The notes below the pieces were generated by a model. The model worked only from the letters and a program-made list of their open reading frames with translations, was not told where the DNA came from and did not search any database. A DNA stretch of 64,000 nucleotides from a virus. Taxonomy: Duplodnaviria; Heunggongvirae; Uroviricota; Caudoviricetes. This document shows positions 55,571 to 63,451 of this stretch, in pieces. Numbering within the stretch: position 1 is the first letter of the stretch; each line of letters opens with the position of its first letter. Location: IMG/VR virus record IMGVR_UViG_3300046820_000635. The stretch is one strand, 5' to 3'. The position numbers and the translations under genes are program-made.

Positions 55571-55905
55571 AAATAGTCTGGGGAAGAAGTTTAGGATGGA
55601 ACATAGAACTGCACAAGGCACGTATGAGTTATAACGGCGCGGCAAAATGGAATCCCAGTCCGGGAAAAGTATACATGGAATACACTATTATTACAGACGG
55701 ATGCGATTGTTATCCTTGGCACGAAGTGTTCATTTGGTGGCCGGTTAAAACTATTACCGGAAAACGAGTTTGGGGTACCAAACTCTATAAGCGTAAAGTT
55801 TGGGTAGTGTGGGGCACAGGTTTTCACATGGAACCTGAAACACAGTACGCAACATTATTTGAGATGATAGAGCATGGCGATACTAAGAAAATATCAGTGG
55901 CCTAA
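55567..55905 (+). CDS. array gene 36, W-rich, no motif
   Basis: 112 aa. Confidence 0.4.
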   Translation: MKIVWGRSLGWNIELHKARMSYNGAAKWNPSPGKVYMEYTIITDGCDCYPWHEVFIWWPVKTITGKRVWGTKLYKRKVWVVWGTGFHMEPETQYATLFEMIEHGDTKKISVA

Positions 55906-56281
55906 TGTGCCTGACAGAACAGCAGACATCAATCAGATACTTGCTGACCAGTTCTTTGAGTATCACAATCCTTATACTCATAGACCTGTACGTAATAAGT
56001 ACAATGTTATCAAAGACGGGGAGACTCAAAGAGTGGAAGAATGTCGCGAAATGGTTGTACATGAATTTAAACTAGGTGATGTAGACGATCCGGATCTATA
56101 CGCTGCTCAACCGTTATATGAATGGCAGAGTACAGAGTTTGGTCAATGGGTTATGAAAAATGCGGCCGACACACCTACATGGCAGAGGTATGCAGACCCT
56201 ACGTCCTACGGTTACCAATATAGAATCACAGCAAAGTTTATGGGGCCTGCTCTAACTGAAATGCTGCTCAGGAAAGGTTAA
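55874..56281 (+). CDS. array gene 37, no motif
   Basis: 135 aa. Confidence 0.4.
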   Translation: MAILRKYQWPNVPDRTADINQILADQFFEYHNPYTHRPVRNKYNVIKDGETQRVEECREMVVHEFKLGDVDDPDLYAAQPLYEWQSTEFGQWVMKNAADTPTWQRYADPTSYGYQYRITAKFMGPALTEMLLRKG

Positions 56282-56532
56282 TGGGCGCAACAGTTCCTCG
56301 GATTACTGGAAACATTCGTCGACAGCCCCAACTTGTTGACGACAAACTATTAGAAGCATTAAAAGATTATCACATCGTTCGACTCTATTCCGATGCTGAT
56401 TATAACGATAAACTCACTTGGTGTTTGGAAAACTGCCAAAATAAGTTTAGAGATTTTAAAGAGTCAAATCAACGTGCTTGGTACTTTAAAGAAGAACAAG
56501 ATGCACTGATGTTTGCTATGAAATGGAGTTGA
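56281..56532 (+). CDS. paralog-family small protein 38 (…KEEQDALMFAMKWS)
   Basis: TAATG coupling. Canonical motif. Last array member. Confidence 0.55.
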   Translation: MGATVPRITGNIRRQPQLVDDKLLEALKDYHIVRLYSDADYNDKLTWCLENCQNKFRDFKESNQRAWYFKEEQDALMFAMKWS

Positions 56533-56588
56533 CCTTTTGGAATATAGATGCTATACTATATTTTTAATCAACTACTTTAAAGTCAATC

Positions 56589-57050
56589 ATGGCACGTGAA
56601 AGAGCAAAACTTACCGATAAAGAAGAAAAGATTTTGATTCAAGCTCAGCTGATGGGTTTGAGTACTGCTTCTATGGTTAAGATCGGTAATCGATTAAAGG
56701 CACTCGAACACGAACGTGAGCTCAAAGCCAGGGTTGACAACATAACAAGTAAGTATACTTTTTCTCCGATTGAAGGCGGCTGGCGTATCGTTGATAAAAA
56801 CGGTCTGCACTACGACTTTACCAATCGAATAATCAGCTACGGCAATCGTATAAGTTGGGGTAGTAGAAAAGAAATCTGCTGGGATGTTAAGATTAACAAG
56901 CCCGGAACACGATACGTAGAACGTGTAGGCAAGCGACAGGTGATTCATACGGGTGACGAGTATCCTGCACGCCTTTGCCCAGAAAAGAATAAAGAGCTGC
57001 TTGGAATGATGCGTGTTATTGAACGCGGAACTTTGGATAAAATAAAATGA
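56589..57050 (+). CDS. hypothetical protein
   Basis: 153 aa. Confidence 0.4.
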   Translation: MARERAKLTDKEEKILIQAQLMGLSTASMVKIGNRLKALEHERELKARVDNITSKYTFSPIEGGWRIVDKNGLHYDFTNRIISYGNRISWGSRKEICWDVKINKPGTRYVERVGKRQVIHTGDEYPARLCPEKNKELLGMMRVIERGTLDKIK

Positions 57051-57448
57051 AAATTGGATTCAGCCTTGGACGTTGTATACGTGATATTGTCAACGGTGAA
57101 GTTTCTATTGACGATGTTGCATTTATTATTGCAGCCACCCATATTAAAGAAGCAGAGCAGTTAGATCAAGTGATCGAAATGTATGGCTATGAGCGTGGCT
57201 ATCTGTTAGGTCTTGATTTAGAAAAATCTAAAGAAGTAGCAAGACAACTTTGGGATAGCAGTAAAATTTTACAGCCCCGACGAGAAGGAATGAGTCGTCA
57301 CATGCAGCCCGAAAACTCTATTTGGGTAGACATGTTTCCAACAGTTTTGAGCGAAAACGAATCAGTCAAGAAAGCCTGGGATGGGTATCGTTTTATGCTA
57401 CATATGGTAGAGAACGTAGACACTGAGGCTACGGAAATTTTTCGGTAA
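57047..57448 (+). CDS. hypothetical protein
   Basis: 133 aa, ATGA-coupled. Confidence 0.4.
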   Translation: MKIGFSLGRCIRDIVNGEVSIDDVAFIIAATHIKEAEQLDQVIEMYGYERGYLLGLDLEKSKEVARQLWDSSKILQPRREGMSRHMQPENSIWVDMFPTVLSENESVKKAWDGYRFMLHMVENVDTEATEIFR

Positions 57449-57453
57449 ACAAT

Positions 57454-57636
57454 ATGAACATTAAAGAAGGCAGTCGCTGGCATGCAGGCGATAGTAAAAA
57501 ATTCGTCGTATTACATCTTGTAGAACAGGGCGAACAGACCTGGGTACACTATCGAGACGAAAAGGGTAATCCTCCTAGAGAGTATAGCTGTTATAAAGAA
57601 AGTTTTCTTCAACGATTTTCGGAACTGCCATCATGA
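57454..57636 (+). CDS. hypothetical protein
   Basis: 60 aa. Confidence 0.3.
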   Translation: MNIKEGSRWHAGDSKKFVVLHLVEQGEQTWVHYRDEKGNPPREYSCYKESFLQRFSELPS

Positions 57637-57923
57637 TTGCTTTTAGTTTTGATTTTTCGCCTCTGACACGTGAGTTTAAAAACTACTGGTGCAAATATTA
57701 TGCAACACCTTTTAAGCACAAGTTTGTTGAGTTAGAGTTGCACACTACAGAAGCATTAGTTGGCTTTAACTTTCTTTGGACTACCCGGCGAGATCATGCA
57801 GGACTAGACATGCAGTTGTCATTGTTTGGACTGTGTTTTCATTTTAACTTCTATGATAATCGTCATTGGAATCATGAAGAAGAACGTTGGATGATCTATA
57901 CCGAAGAAGAAGGACTGCACTGA
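57633..57923 (+). CDS. hypothetical protein
   Basis: 96 aa, ATGA-coupled. Confidence 0.4.
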   Translation: MIAFSFDFSPLTREFKNYWCKYYATPFKHKFVELELHTTEALVGFNFLWTTRRDHAGLDMQLSLFGLCFHFNFYDNRHWNHEEERWMIYTEEEGLH

Positions 57924-58318
57924 TGCTCGATAATATTACAGAAGCACAGGCCGTTGTGCTGTTACTGACCTTTTTAGCACTCAAGCACTTTGTTGTTGAC
58001 TTCCTGCTACAGCAAAAGTATCAGTATTCTAACAAAGGCACATATGGACATCCCGGGGGCCTGCTACACGCTGGTCTACATGGACTAGGAACAATAGCTG
58101 CTCTTTGGTTATTTGGTGATATTGAATGGGTGATTTTAATGGCAGTTTTTGATAGTGTTGTACACTATCATGTAGATTGGTTAAAAACCAATGTAAACGC
58201 TAAAATGGGTTGGGGTCCGTCAACTCATGAAGAATTTTGGTGGTTGTTGGGCGCAGATCAACTACTTCACTCTTTAACATATATTGTGATTATTGGTTGG
58301 ACAATCGGAGCTTTTTGA
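57923..58318 (+). CDS. His-rich multi-TM membrane protein
   Basis: Start MLDNITEAQAV by TGATG coupling. 4 hydrophobic helices. HPGGLLHAGLHG, HYHVDW. Confidence 0.45.
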   Translation: MLDNITEAQAVVLLLTFLALKHFVVDFLLQQKYQYSNKGTYGHPGGLLHAGLHGLGTIAALWLFGDIEWVILMAVFDSVVHYHVDWLKTNVNAKMGWGPSTHEEFWWLLGADQLLHSLTYIVIIGWTIGAF

Positions 58319-58332
58319 GATTCATTTGTTAG

Positions 58333-58926
58333 ATGATAAGTAATAGTGAATCCATAGGAGCAAAAGTGAAGAAAATCGACGATTTCAACGCCGAGGATCG
58401 CATTAGTGTAAAACTGCTAGAGAATTCGATACATTTTCTATCAGGTGATATAGACGAAGAATCTATCGCATCATGTATCCGCTGGATAACCTACGAAAAC
58501 CTAACTCATAAAGAAGGTAAAACCTTAACTTTATATGTCAACAGCTCGGGCGGAGATCTGTATCAAGCATTTGCCCTTGTTGATATCATGCGTAACAGTG
58601 TACATCCTATAAGAACTATAGGCATCGGAAATGTTATGAGTGCCGCATTTCTAATTTTTGTCAGCGGTACTCGTGGGGAAAGATATATAGCTGAGAACAC
58701 AGGAATAATGTGTCATCAATACAGCGATAGTCCGGAAGGAAAACATCACGATCTCAGAGCCTCAATGAAAGAGGGCGAGAACTGCAATGCCAGGATGTTA
58801 GAAATATTAAAATCAGCAACCGGACTTGCTGCTTCAAAAATAAAAGCCAAACTACTACCGGCCAGCGATGTTTATATTACTGCTGCCGAGGCAATAGACT
58901 TGGGCGTAGCCGATTATATCTTATAA
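58333..58926 (+). CDS. clpP: ClpP-family serine peptidase (S14)
   Basis: LYVNSSGG (YINSPGG), GNVMSAAFL (GQAASMG, catalytic Ser), GIMCHQYS (MIHQP, catalytic His), ASDVYITAAEAIDLGVADYIL C-terminal helix. Confidence 0.7.
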   Translation: MISNSESIGAKVKKIDDFNAEDRISVKLLENSIHFLSGDIDEESIASCIRWITYENLTHKEGKTLTLYVNSSGGDLYQAFALVDIMRNSVHPIRTIGIGNVMSAAFLIFVSGTRGERYIAENTGIMCHQYSDSPEGKHHDLRASMKEGENCNARMLEILKSATGLAASKIKAKLLPASDVYITAAEAIDLGVADYIL

Positions 58927-58936
58927 GGAAAACAAT

Positions 58937-59185
58937 ATGAAAACCGATATGAAAGTCATCAGCATCAATGGTAAAGAAGAGTTTGATGCAAAACGTAGAC
59001 AAGACTTGTTAGATGTGTTAGACTCAATGAGACTTATGGTGCAAAGCGGAGAGATATCTGAGTTCGTTGCCTGTAGTGTTGACGAAGATGGTATTGCTCA
59101 GATTCACGTATGTGCTATGGACTTACCTGGCAGTGTCGGACTCTTCGAGATCGGCAAACATATGTTGATTGCACAAGAAAGTTAA
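58937..59185 (+). CDS. hypothetical protein
   Basis: 82 aa. AAGGAAAA RBS. Confidence 0.4.
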   Translation: MKTDMKVISINGKEEFDAKRRQDLLDVLDSMRLMVQSGEISEFVACSVDEDGIAQIHVCAMDLPGSVGLFEIGKHMLIAQES

Positions 59186-59224
59186 AATGTTACAAAAAAG
59201 CCACATTATCTGGTACTTTTTTAG

Positions 59225-59253
59225 TTGACAACTAAATAAAAAGGTCATACAAT
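59225..59253 (+). promoter_or_regulatory. Promoter TTGACA-N17-TACAAT
   Basis: Consensus hexamers. Confidence 0.5.
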
Positions 59254-59308
59254 AAGAACATGGTTAGGAAAGTTGCAAAAAATATTTTGCCAGAAATGCA
59301 AATAGTGG

Positions 59309-59337
59309 TTGACAACAGAACTAAATAAATGTATACT
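59309..59337 (+). promoter_or_regulatory. Promoter TTGACA-N17-TATACT
   Basis: Consensus hexamers. Precedes a roughly 270-nt unit that ends at the terminator at 59571. Confidence 0.5.
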
Positions 59338-59570
59338 TAAACACATGCACTAGAAATAGTGCTTGTGTAAATTTTTCAAAGGTAAAGAAACGCAAATGAA
59401 AACGTCATCATTACATAGACAATGTAAATCGATAGCCCAGGTGGGAGGCATTATGCCCTCTTATTGGCTTGCGATTGAGAGTCTATCTAATAATGATCGC
59501 ACACCAGAATTTACCTCGGGGTCCGAAGGAGCAGGTTACGCTTAACTAGCAAAGTAACTTAAACTCAAAA

Positions 59571-59603
59571 GGACCCCAGGATTAAAAACCCTGGGGTTTT
59601 TGT
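59571..59603 (+). terminator. Rho-independent terminator
   Basis: GGACCCCAGG-attaaaaa-CCCTGGGG then TTTTTGTTTG. Confidence 0.8.
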
Positions 59604-59618
59604 TTGCTAAAAGGCAAA

Positions 59619-59780
59619 ATGGTTAGTGATAAGAAAGTGGTTGACGCAGAGTTTACAAGACAGTATACTTTAAGTCCAGAGGCATTCAACAAGTTGATTG
59701 CTGATAAGATTAAAAGATACTCAATGTATAACAAAGCAGATACAAAGCAGCGAGAAAGGCAGGTTAAACAACTTGCATAG
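59619..59780 (+). CDS. hypothetical small basic protein (53 aa, TAG stop)
   Basis: Unlisted ORF MVSDKKVVDAEFTRQ... AAAGG RBS. Confidence 0.35.
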   Translation: MVSDKKVVDAEFTRQYTLSPEAFNKLIADKIKRYSMYNKADTKQRERQVKQLA

Positions 59781-59998
59781 TATTGCAAAAGTGGAATAGA
59801 TTACGGTAACGAGGACCGGACTGCCCACTCTAAACATGCAGTAAACGGGCGGCCTAGTCGATGAAACTCCTTTTGTGGAGGGAAAAACACTAGCGTATTA
59901 AAACAAATTGGTTCCCACCACTTTTGACGTGGACCGTGGCTGCATAGCAGGACAGTTTGTTTTAATACACACATTCTTAAGAGTGTGTTACAATTTAT

Positions 59999-60084
59999 GG
60001 AGTCGTAGGAAAATTGGTAACCCCAGTGGACTGTAAATCCGCCGCCCTTGTGCATTACTGGTTCAAGTCCAGTCGGCTCCACCA
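59999..60084 (+). tRNA. tRNA-Tyr (GUA), type II
   Basis: Anticodon arm GTGGA-CTGTAAA-TCCGC, long variable arm, T arm ACTGG-TTCAAGT-CCAGT, CCA encoded. Confidence 0.7.
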
Positions 60085-60089
60085 TATAT

Positions 60090-60165
60090 GCTTCGTTAGC
60101 TCAATTGGGAGAGCGCGACACTGTCACTGTCGAGGTAAGGGGATCGAAACCCCTACGAGGCGCCA
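60090..60165 (+). tRNA. tRNA-Asp (GUC)
   Basis: GCTTCGT/ACGAGGC acceptor, CGACA-CTGTCAC-TGTCG, GCCA end. Confidence 0.75.
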
Positions 60166-60172
60166 AGTTTAT

Positions 60173-60246
60173 GTATCCCTAATGTAATGGCAGCATCACA
60201 GTCTCCAAAACTGTTCGTCGGAGTTCGAGTCTCTGGGGGTACGCCA
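60173..60246 (+). tRNA. tRNA-Trp (CCA)
   Basis: ACAGT-CTCCAAA-ACTGT anticodon arm, as in E. coli tRNA-Trp. CGGAG-TTCGAGT-CTCTG T arm. Confidence 0.7.
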
Positions 60247-60262
60247 AGTTTCAATAATATAT

Positions 60263-60337
60263 GGACCGTTCGTCTATCGGTCAGGACATTAGGTTTTCAT
60301 CCTAAGAAGAGGGGTTCGATTCCCCTACGGTCTTCCA
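60263..60337 (+). tRNA. tRNA-Glu (UUC), copy 1
   Basis: D arm TTCGTCTA..GG.CAGGACA as in E. coli tRNA-Glu. TTAGG-TTTTCAT-CCTAA. AGGGG-TTCGATT-CCCCT. Confidence 0.7.
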
Positions 60338-60343
60338 TATAAT

Positions 60344-60417
60344 GCGGGTATGATGTAAAGGTAACCTGAAACCTTGCCAAGGTTTATTTGCGAGTTCGAT
60401 TCTCGCTACCCGCTCCA
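60344..60417 (+). tRNA. tRNA-Gly (GCC)
   Basis: GCGGGTA/TACCCGC acceptor, AAACC-TTGCCAA-GGTTT, GCGAGTTCGATTCTCGC, U73-CCA. Confidence 0.75.
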
Positions 60418-60422
60418 ACAAT

Positions 60423-60500
60423 GCACACGTGGCAGAGAGGCCCAATGCAACTGATTGCAAACCAGTAAAACCGCAGGTTCAAATCCTGCCGTGTGCTCCA
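60423..60500 (+). tRNA. tRNA-Cys (GCA)
   Basis: GCACACG/CGTGTGC acceptor, loop TTGCAAA, U73-CCA. Confidence 0.7.
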
Positions 60501-60627
60501 ATATACAAATGGCAAAAAGTTTCAACGTAGTTGAGATGGCTGAGAAGAGAAGTGCCTTGATAAGGAATAACACGACGAACTTTAAATAGTGGGATACAAA
60601 ACGCACCACTCCATATTGTACTCATTT

Positions 60628-60704
60628 ACCCCAGTGGCGCAACTGGTAGACGTGCTTCTCTCAAAAGGAAGATGCTGAAGGTTCGAATCCTTCCTGGGGT
60701 ACCA
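60628..60704 (+). tRNA. Leu-like tRNA, anticodon CAA, but type I (short variable arm)
   Basis: ACCCCAG/CTGGGGT acceptor, A73-CCA, D loop AACTGGTAGAC, anticodon arm CTTCT-CTCAAAA-GGAAG, T arm GAAGG-TTCGAAT-CCTTC. Confidence 0.5.
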
Positions 60705-60710
60705 AACAAT

Positions 60711-60802
60711 GGAAAGTAATGCAGCTGGGATGGTCCGGCGACTAGCCTTGAAAACTAGGTTCTCAGAAATGGGATGGGGTTCGACTCCTCTGCTTTCCGC
60801 CA
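60711..60802 (+). tRNA. tRNA-Ser (UGA), type II
   Basis: GGAAAGT/GCTTTCC acceptor, loop CTTGAAA, long variable arm, G73-CCA. Confidence 0.7.
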
Positions 60803-60807
60803 AATAT

Positions 60808-60881
60808 TCCTCTATAGTTAAATGGTATAACAATCGGCTGATAACCGGTCATTCCACGTTCAATTCGTGGTGGAGGAACCA
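60808..60881 (+). tRNA. tRNA-Ile (GAU)
   Basis: ATCGG-CTGATAA-CCGGT, CCACG-TTCAATT-CGTGG, A73-CCA. Confidence 0.7.
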
Positions 60882-61112
60882 AGTTTTGTAAGTGTCAGCA
60901 AGTACAGTCACGCTATCTAGGTAAGTTCGAACTACCGAAATAGTAAAAGGGGACGGGTTCAACTCCCGGCTGCTCGGAAGAGCGGTGCAGATTGGTTGCT
61001 AACTGGACAGGTACCCAAGTGATATCCATCGTGCTCGAGGTCAGGCTAGGCGGCCGGTAGGTCCTGAATAAATCTACGATAAACGTTGACGTAGGCTTAC
61101 AAATTCAATTAT

Positions 61113-61186
61113 CTGGGTGTAGGATAATGGTAGTCGACGAAGCTTGGATCTTCGAGGCGCAGGTTCGATTCCTGCCACCCAGACCA
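61113..61186 (+). tRNA. tRNA-Pro (UGG)
   Basis: CTGGGTG/CACCCAG acceptor, CGAAG-CTTGGAT-CTTCG, GCAGG-TTCGATT-CCTGC, A73-CCA. Confidence 0.7.
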
Positions 61187-61389
61187 TTTATGTCATGGTG
61201 TAATGAGAATGCACAGGATCGCCATTATAAAATCCTTCGGGTGATGGAACAAGGTTCAGGTACGGTAAGAACCCGTAACGACAATATTTTCTGCAGAAAG
61301 AACAGAGACACGGTGGTCCTAAAGGTGTGGGGACTATAAAAGCCGAGCAACGTCTGGGGTACAACTCCATACGCACCGACAAATTCTAT

Positions 61390-61468
61390 TCCGTGAAATC
61401 CAAGCAGGGTGCAAGGACTTGACTGTTAATCAATGATTAGGTGGGTTCGATCCCCACACACGGAGCCA
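61390..61468 (+). tRNA. tRNA-Asn (GUU)
   Basis: TCCGTGA/ACACGGA acceptor, loop CTGTTAA, GTGGG-TTCGATC-CCCAC, G73-CCA. Confidence 0.65.
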
Positions 61469-61484
61469 AATAAAGGAGAATGCA

Positions 61485-61697
61485 ATGAGCATCAAAGAAA
61501 TGGTGGCAGGTAAGTCAGTTAAGTTTGTTAGATACCAACGTAAAGAGTTGTGGTATGTAACTGAATGCGGATTTGAATTTCCTGTACCAATCGAAGATAC
61601 TGGTGATGCTGCATTTAACGACAGCGACAAGGCTATGTTGTTTATGAGATGGATTCGTAAGCACAAAGAGATGTTAGCTGAAGCAGTAACAGAATAA
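61485..61697 (+). CDS. small protein (70 aa) carrying the paralog-family motif internally (…FNDSDKAMLFMRWIRKH…)
   Basis: AAGGAG RBS. Sits between tRNA genes. Confidence 0.5.
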   Translation: MSIKEMVAGKSVKFVRYQRKELWYVTECGFEFPVPIEDTGDAAFNDSDKAMLFMRWIRKHKEMLAEAVTE

Positions 61698-61699
61698 TG

Positions 61700-61773
61700 G
61701 GGGGAGCCGAGGGCGGCGGCGTTGCTTTGCAAGCATCGTGACTACAAGGGTTCGATACCCTGGTCCTCCACCA
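61700..61773 (+). tRNA. Atypical tRNA, possibly tRNA-Ala (UGC)
   Basis: GGGGGAG/GTCCTCC acceptor with G3:U70, A73-CCA, loop TTTGCAA, T arm AGGG-TTCGATA-CCCT. The D arm is truncated and the variable region is long. Confidence 0.4.
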
Positions 61774-62009
61774 AGAATGTCTGGGTCTGACATGGTGTTT
61801 CTGAAGAGGTTGATCACTCTGAGGAGAATGTGGTTCGATACCACGCCCGGCGCCAACTTTCGAAGATAGACGTACTGCTTGAGTCCCAAGTAACTGGCGC
61901 TAAGAGCGCAATGGTTTGACAGTGAAGTATGGTTTGTTAAAACTCGCGGATACGAGACAATCTAGTGAGTCCTCCCAGGAGGATAGTTAGGCTCTTCGAA
62001 AACCTTTAT

Positions 62010-62085
62010 ATCGCGTTGGACTTCTGGGTTAGGTCATCACCCTTTCAAGGTGACTAGACGGGTTCGATTCCCGTACGCGATACCA
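62010..62085 (+). tRNA. tRNA with UUC anticodon (Glu), copy 2, A73
   Basis: ATCGCGT/ACGCGAT acceptor, TCACC-CTTTCAA-GGTGA, ACGGG-TTCGATT-CCCGT. Confidence 0.65.
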
Positions 62086-62089
62086 ATAT

Positions 62090-62165
62090 GCCCCTGAAAC
62101 CTTTAATGGATGAGGTCCTGTTTTGTAAGCAGGAGAAGTCGGTTCGATTCCGGACTGGGGCACCA
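62090..62165 (+). tRNA. tRNA-Thr (UGU)
   Basis: CCTGT-TTTGTAA-GCAGG, GGGCACCA end. Confidence 0.65.
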
Positions 62166-62178
62166 ATACAAGGAGATT

Positions 62179-62244
62179 ATGATGGCAATAGTTGTTGTAG
62201 TAATAATCTTCGTTACATTATATATTTTTATAAGGAAACTTTGA
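62179..62244 (+). CDS. 21-aa hydrophobic micro-protein MMAIVVVVIIFVTLYIFIRKL
   Basis: Perfect AAGGAG RBS 6 nt upstream. Lies between tRNA genes. Confidence 0.35.
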   Translation: MMAIVVVVIIFVTLYIFIRKL

Positions 62245-62332
62245 CATGAAACGTACTGACAAACGATAGTGTCATTCTAGACCCCCGTATGGTCCTGGAT
62301 GGCACGTAAAAGAAAATCTAATACGATTCCAT

Positions 62333-62408
62333 CCCTTGTTAGCGTTAACGGTAGCGCACTTGACTCTTAATCAATGAGGTCTCGGTTCGAATCCGAGGCA
62401 AGGGACCA
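62333..62408 (+). tRNA. tRNA-Lys (CUU)
   Basis: CCCTTGT/GCAAGGG acceptor, loop CTCTTAA, TCTCG-GTTCGAA-TCCGAG, A73-CCA. Confidence 0.65.
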
Positions 62409-62411
62409 TAT

Positions 62412-62485
62412 GGGGGTGAAGCTTTAAGGTGAAGCAACGAGCTTTTAACTCGTAGAACAGGGGTCAGTACCCTGTACCCCTACCA
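62412..62485 (+). tRNA. tRNA-Lys (UUU)
   Basis: ACGAG-CTTTTAA-CTCGT, D arm GCTT-TAAGGTG-AAGC, A73-CCA. Confidence 0.65.
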
Positions 62486-62945
62486 TATAAAAGACAATTG
62501 ACAGCGAACACAGGTACAAGGGCCCTTGTAGCCTAGTAACTGGCAGTTAACAATGCCAAGTGGAGAGGAAAGGTTTTCGCGACCAACGCCGTGCCAGCAA
62601 CATTGTTTTCGCAGTTGTCTTCTATATGGTAAATGTTATCTGCAGGTAACATCCATATTGGGGAGTAATTAACCTCAAGAACTCGCGGTGATGGAATGGT
62701 AGACATAGGCCCATTATGGGGTCAGTGGAAATAAACGCCACATGCAGGTTCGAGTCCTGCCCGCAATGAGTTTGCAACAAACAAGTCGGCATGTGTGTCC
62801 ACCGTGCATTAACCGACGATAAACAAAGCTAGGGCAAGCGCCAGTTAACGGTGGAGCTCATACAAAAACATATTCGAAGACTTGTGCATAGCACCTGGAA
62901 CGGATGGGCACGCCGGAGGACCTGGGCCTGAGTATGTTTCTATAT

Positions 62946-63021
62946 GGTGATGTAGTTCAGTTGGTAGAACACCTCCTTCATACGGAGACTGTCGGCGGTT
63001 CAAATCCGTCCATCACTACCA
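62946..63021 (+). tRNA. tRNA with CAU anticodon (Met; T arm GGCGG-TTCAAAT-CCGTC is initiator-like)
   Basis: GGTGATG/CATCACT acceptor, loop TTCATAC, A73-CCA. Confidence 0.6.
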
Positions 63022-63028
63022 AATTTGT

Positions 63029-63102
63029 TGGTCTATGGTGTAATGGTAACACAACAGACTTTGACTCTGTCGTTCCAGGTTCGAGCCCTGGTAGGCCTGC
63101 CA
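63029..63102 (+). tRNA. tRNA-Gln (UUG)
   Basis: ACAGA-CTTTGAC-TCTGT, CCAGG-TTCGAGC-CCTGG, 1:72 U-U mismatch (E. coli has weak U1-A72), G73-CCA. Confidence 0.65.
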
Positions 63103-63111
63103 ACAATAAAT

Positions 63112-63203
63112 GCCAGCGAGACTTGGTAGTCAGAGAGTCCTTATAAGACTTTTAGCGCCAGATTAGCGTTCTTGAGTGGGTTCGATTCCCACCGCTGGTA
63201 CCA
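63112..63203 (+). tRNA. Type II tRNA with Leu-like acceptor (GCCAGCG, A73) but apparent UAU anticodon
   Basis: 7-bp anticodon stem GAGAGTC/GACTTTT with loop CTTATAA. Long variable arm. GTGGG-TTCGATT-CCCAC. CCA encoded. Confidence 0.5.
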
Positions 63204-63207
63204 ATAT

Positions 63208-63282
63208 CGGTCCTTAGTTCAATGGATAGAATGCCATGCTTCGAACTTGGAGATGTGGGTTCGATTCCTGCAGGACCGGCCA
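63208..63282 (+). tRNA. tRNA-Arg (UCG)
   Basis: CGGTCCT/AGGACCG acceptor, loop CTTCGAA, G73-CCA. Confidence 0.6.
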
Positions 63283-63289
63283 AAGATAT

Positions 63290-63364
63290 GCGTCCGTCGT
63301 ATAGTGGAGAATACACGATCCTACGAAGTTCGGAACGGTGGTTCGATTCCATCCGGGCGCACCA
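63290..63364 (+). tRNA. tRNA-Arg (ACG)
   Basis: GCGTCCG/CGGGCGC acceptor, loop CTACGAA identical to E. coli tRNA-Arg, A73-CCA. Confidence 0.7.
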
Positions 63365-63371
63365 AAGTTAT

Positions 63372-63445
63372 AGCGGGTAGGGCGGTCACCACTCCAGTCT
63401 CATAAGCTCGGAGCATCGGCAGTTCGAATCTGTCACCCGCATCCA
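63372..63445 (+). tRNA. Second CAU-anticodon tRNA (Met or Ile2-lysidine type); boundaries uncertain
   Basis: Loop CTCATAA, GGCAG-TTCGAAT-CTGTC, 1:72 mismatch. The D arm is hard to place. Confidence 0.45.
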
Positions 63446-63451
63446 ATCAAT

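Noticed and set aside
46137-56532. Possibility that the regular 200-370 bp periodic array is a CRISPR locus or non-coding satellite
   Set aside because: The units are of unequal length, are fully coding with continuous ORFs and RBS-ATG junctions, and their conservation is at the protein C-terminus. No short identical direct repeats separated by unique spacers were seen.
60900-61110. T-loop-like GGGTTCAACTCCCGG (about 60955) and AAGTTCGAACT motifs suggesting another tRNA
   Set aside because: No acceptor-stem partner could be found for any register. It may be a tRNA fragment or pseudogene, so it was not called.
61127-61339. 70-aa ORF overlapping tRNA-Pro, and minus-strand ORFs 59801-60085, 60406-60609, 60582-60833
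   Set aside because: They overlap canonical tRNA cloverleaves and are most likely chance ORFs in tRNA DNA.
61775-61860. GTGG-TTCGATA-CCAC plus GGCGCCA tail resembling a tRNA 3' end
   Set aside because: No complementary 5' acceptor strand within 70-95 nt upstream.
62690-62770. GCAGG-TTCGAGT-CCTGC T-arm-like hairpin preceded by GGTAGAC D-loop-like sequence
   Set aside because: No 7-bp acceptor pairing or standard anticodon arm could be built. It is possibly a degenerate or intron-containing tRNA, left uncalled pending tRNAscan.
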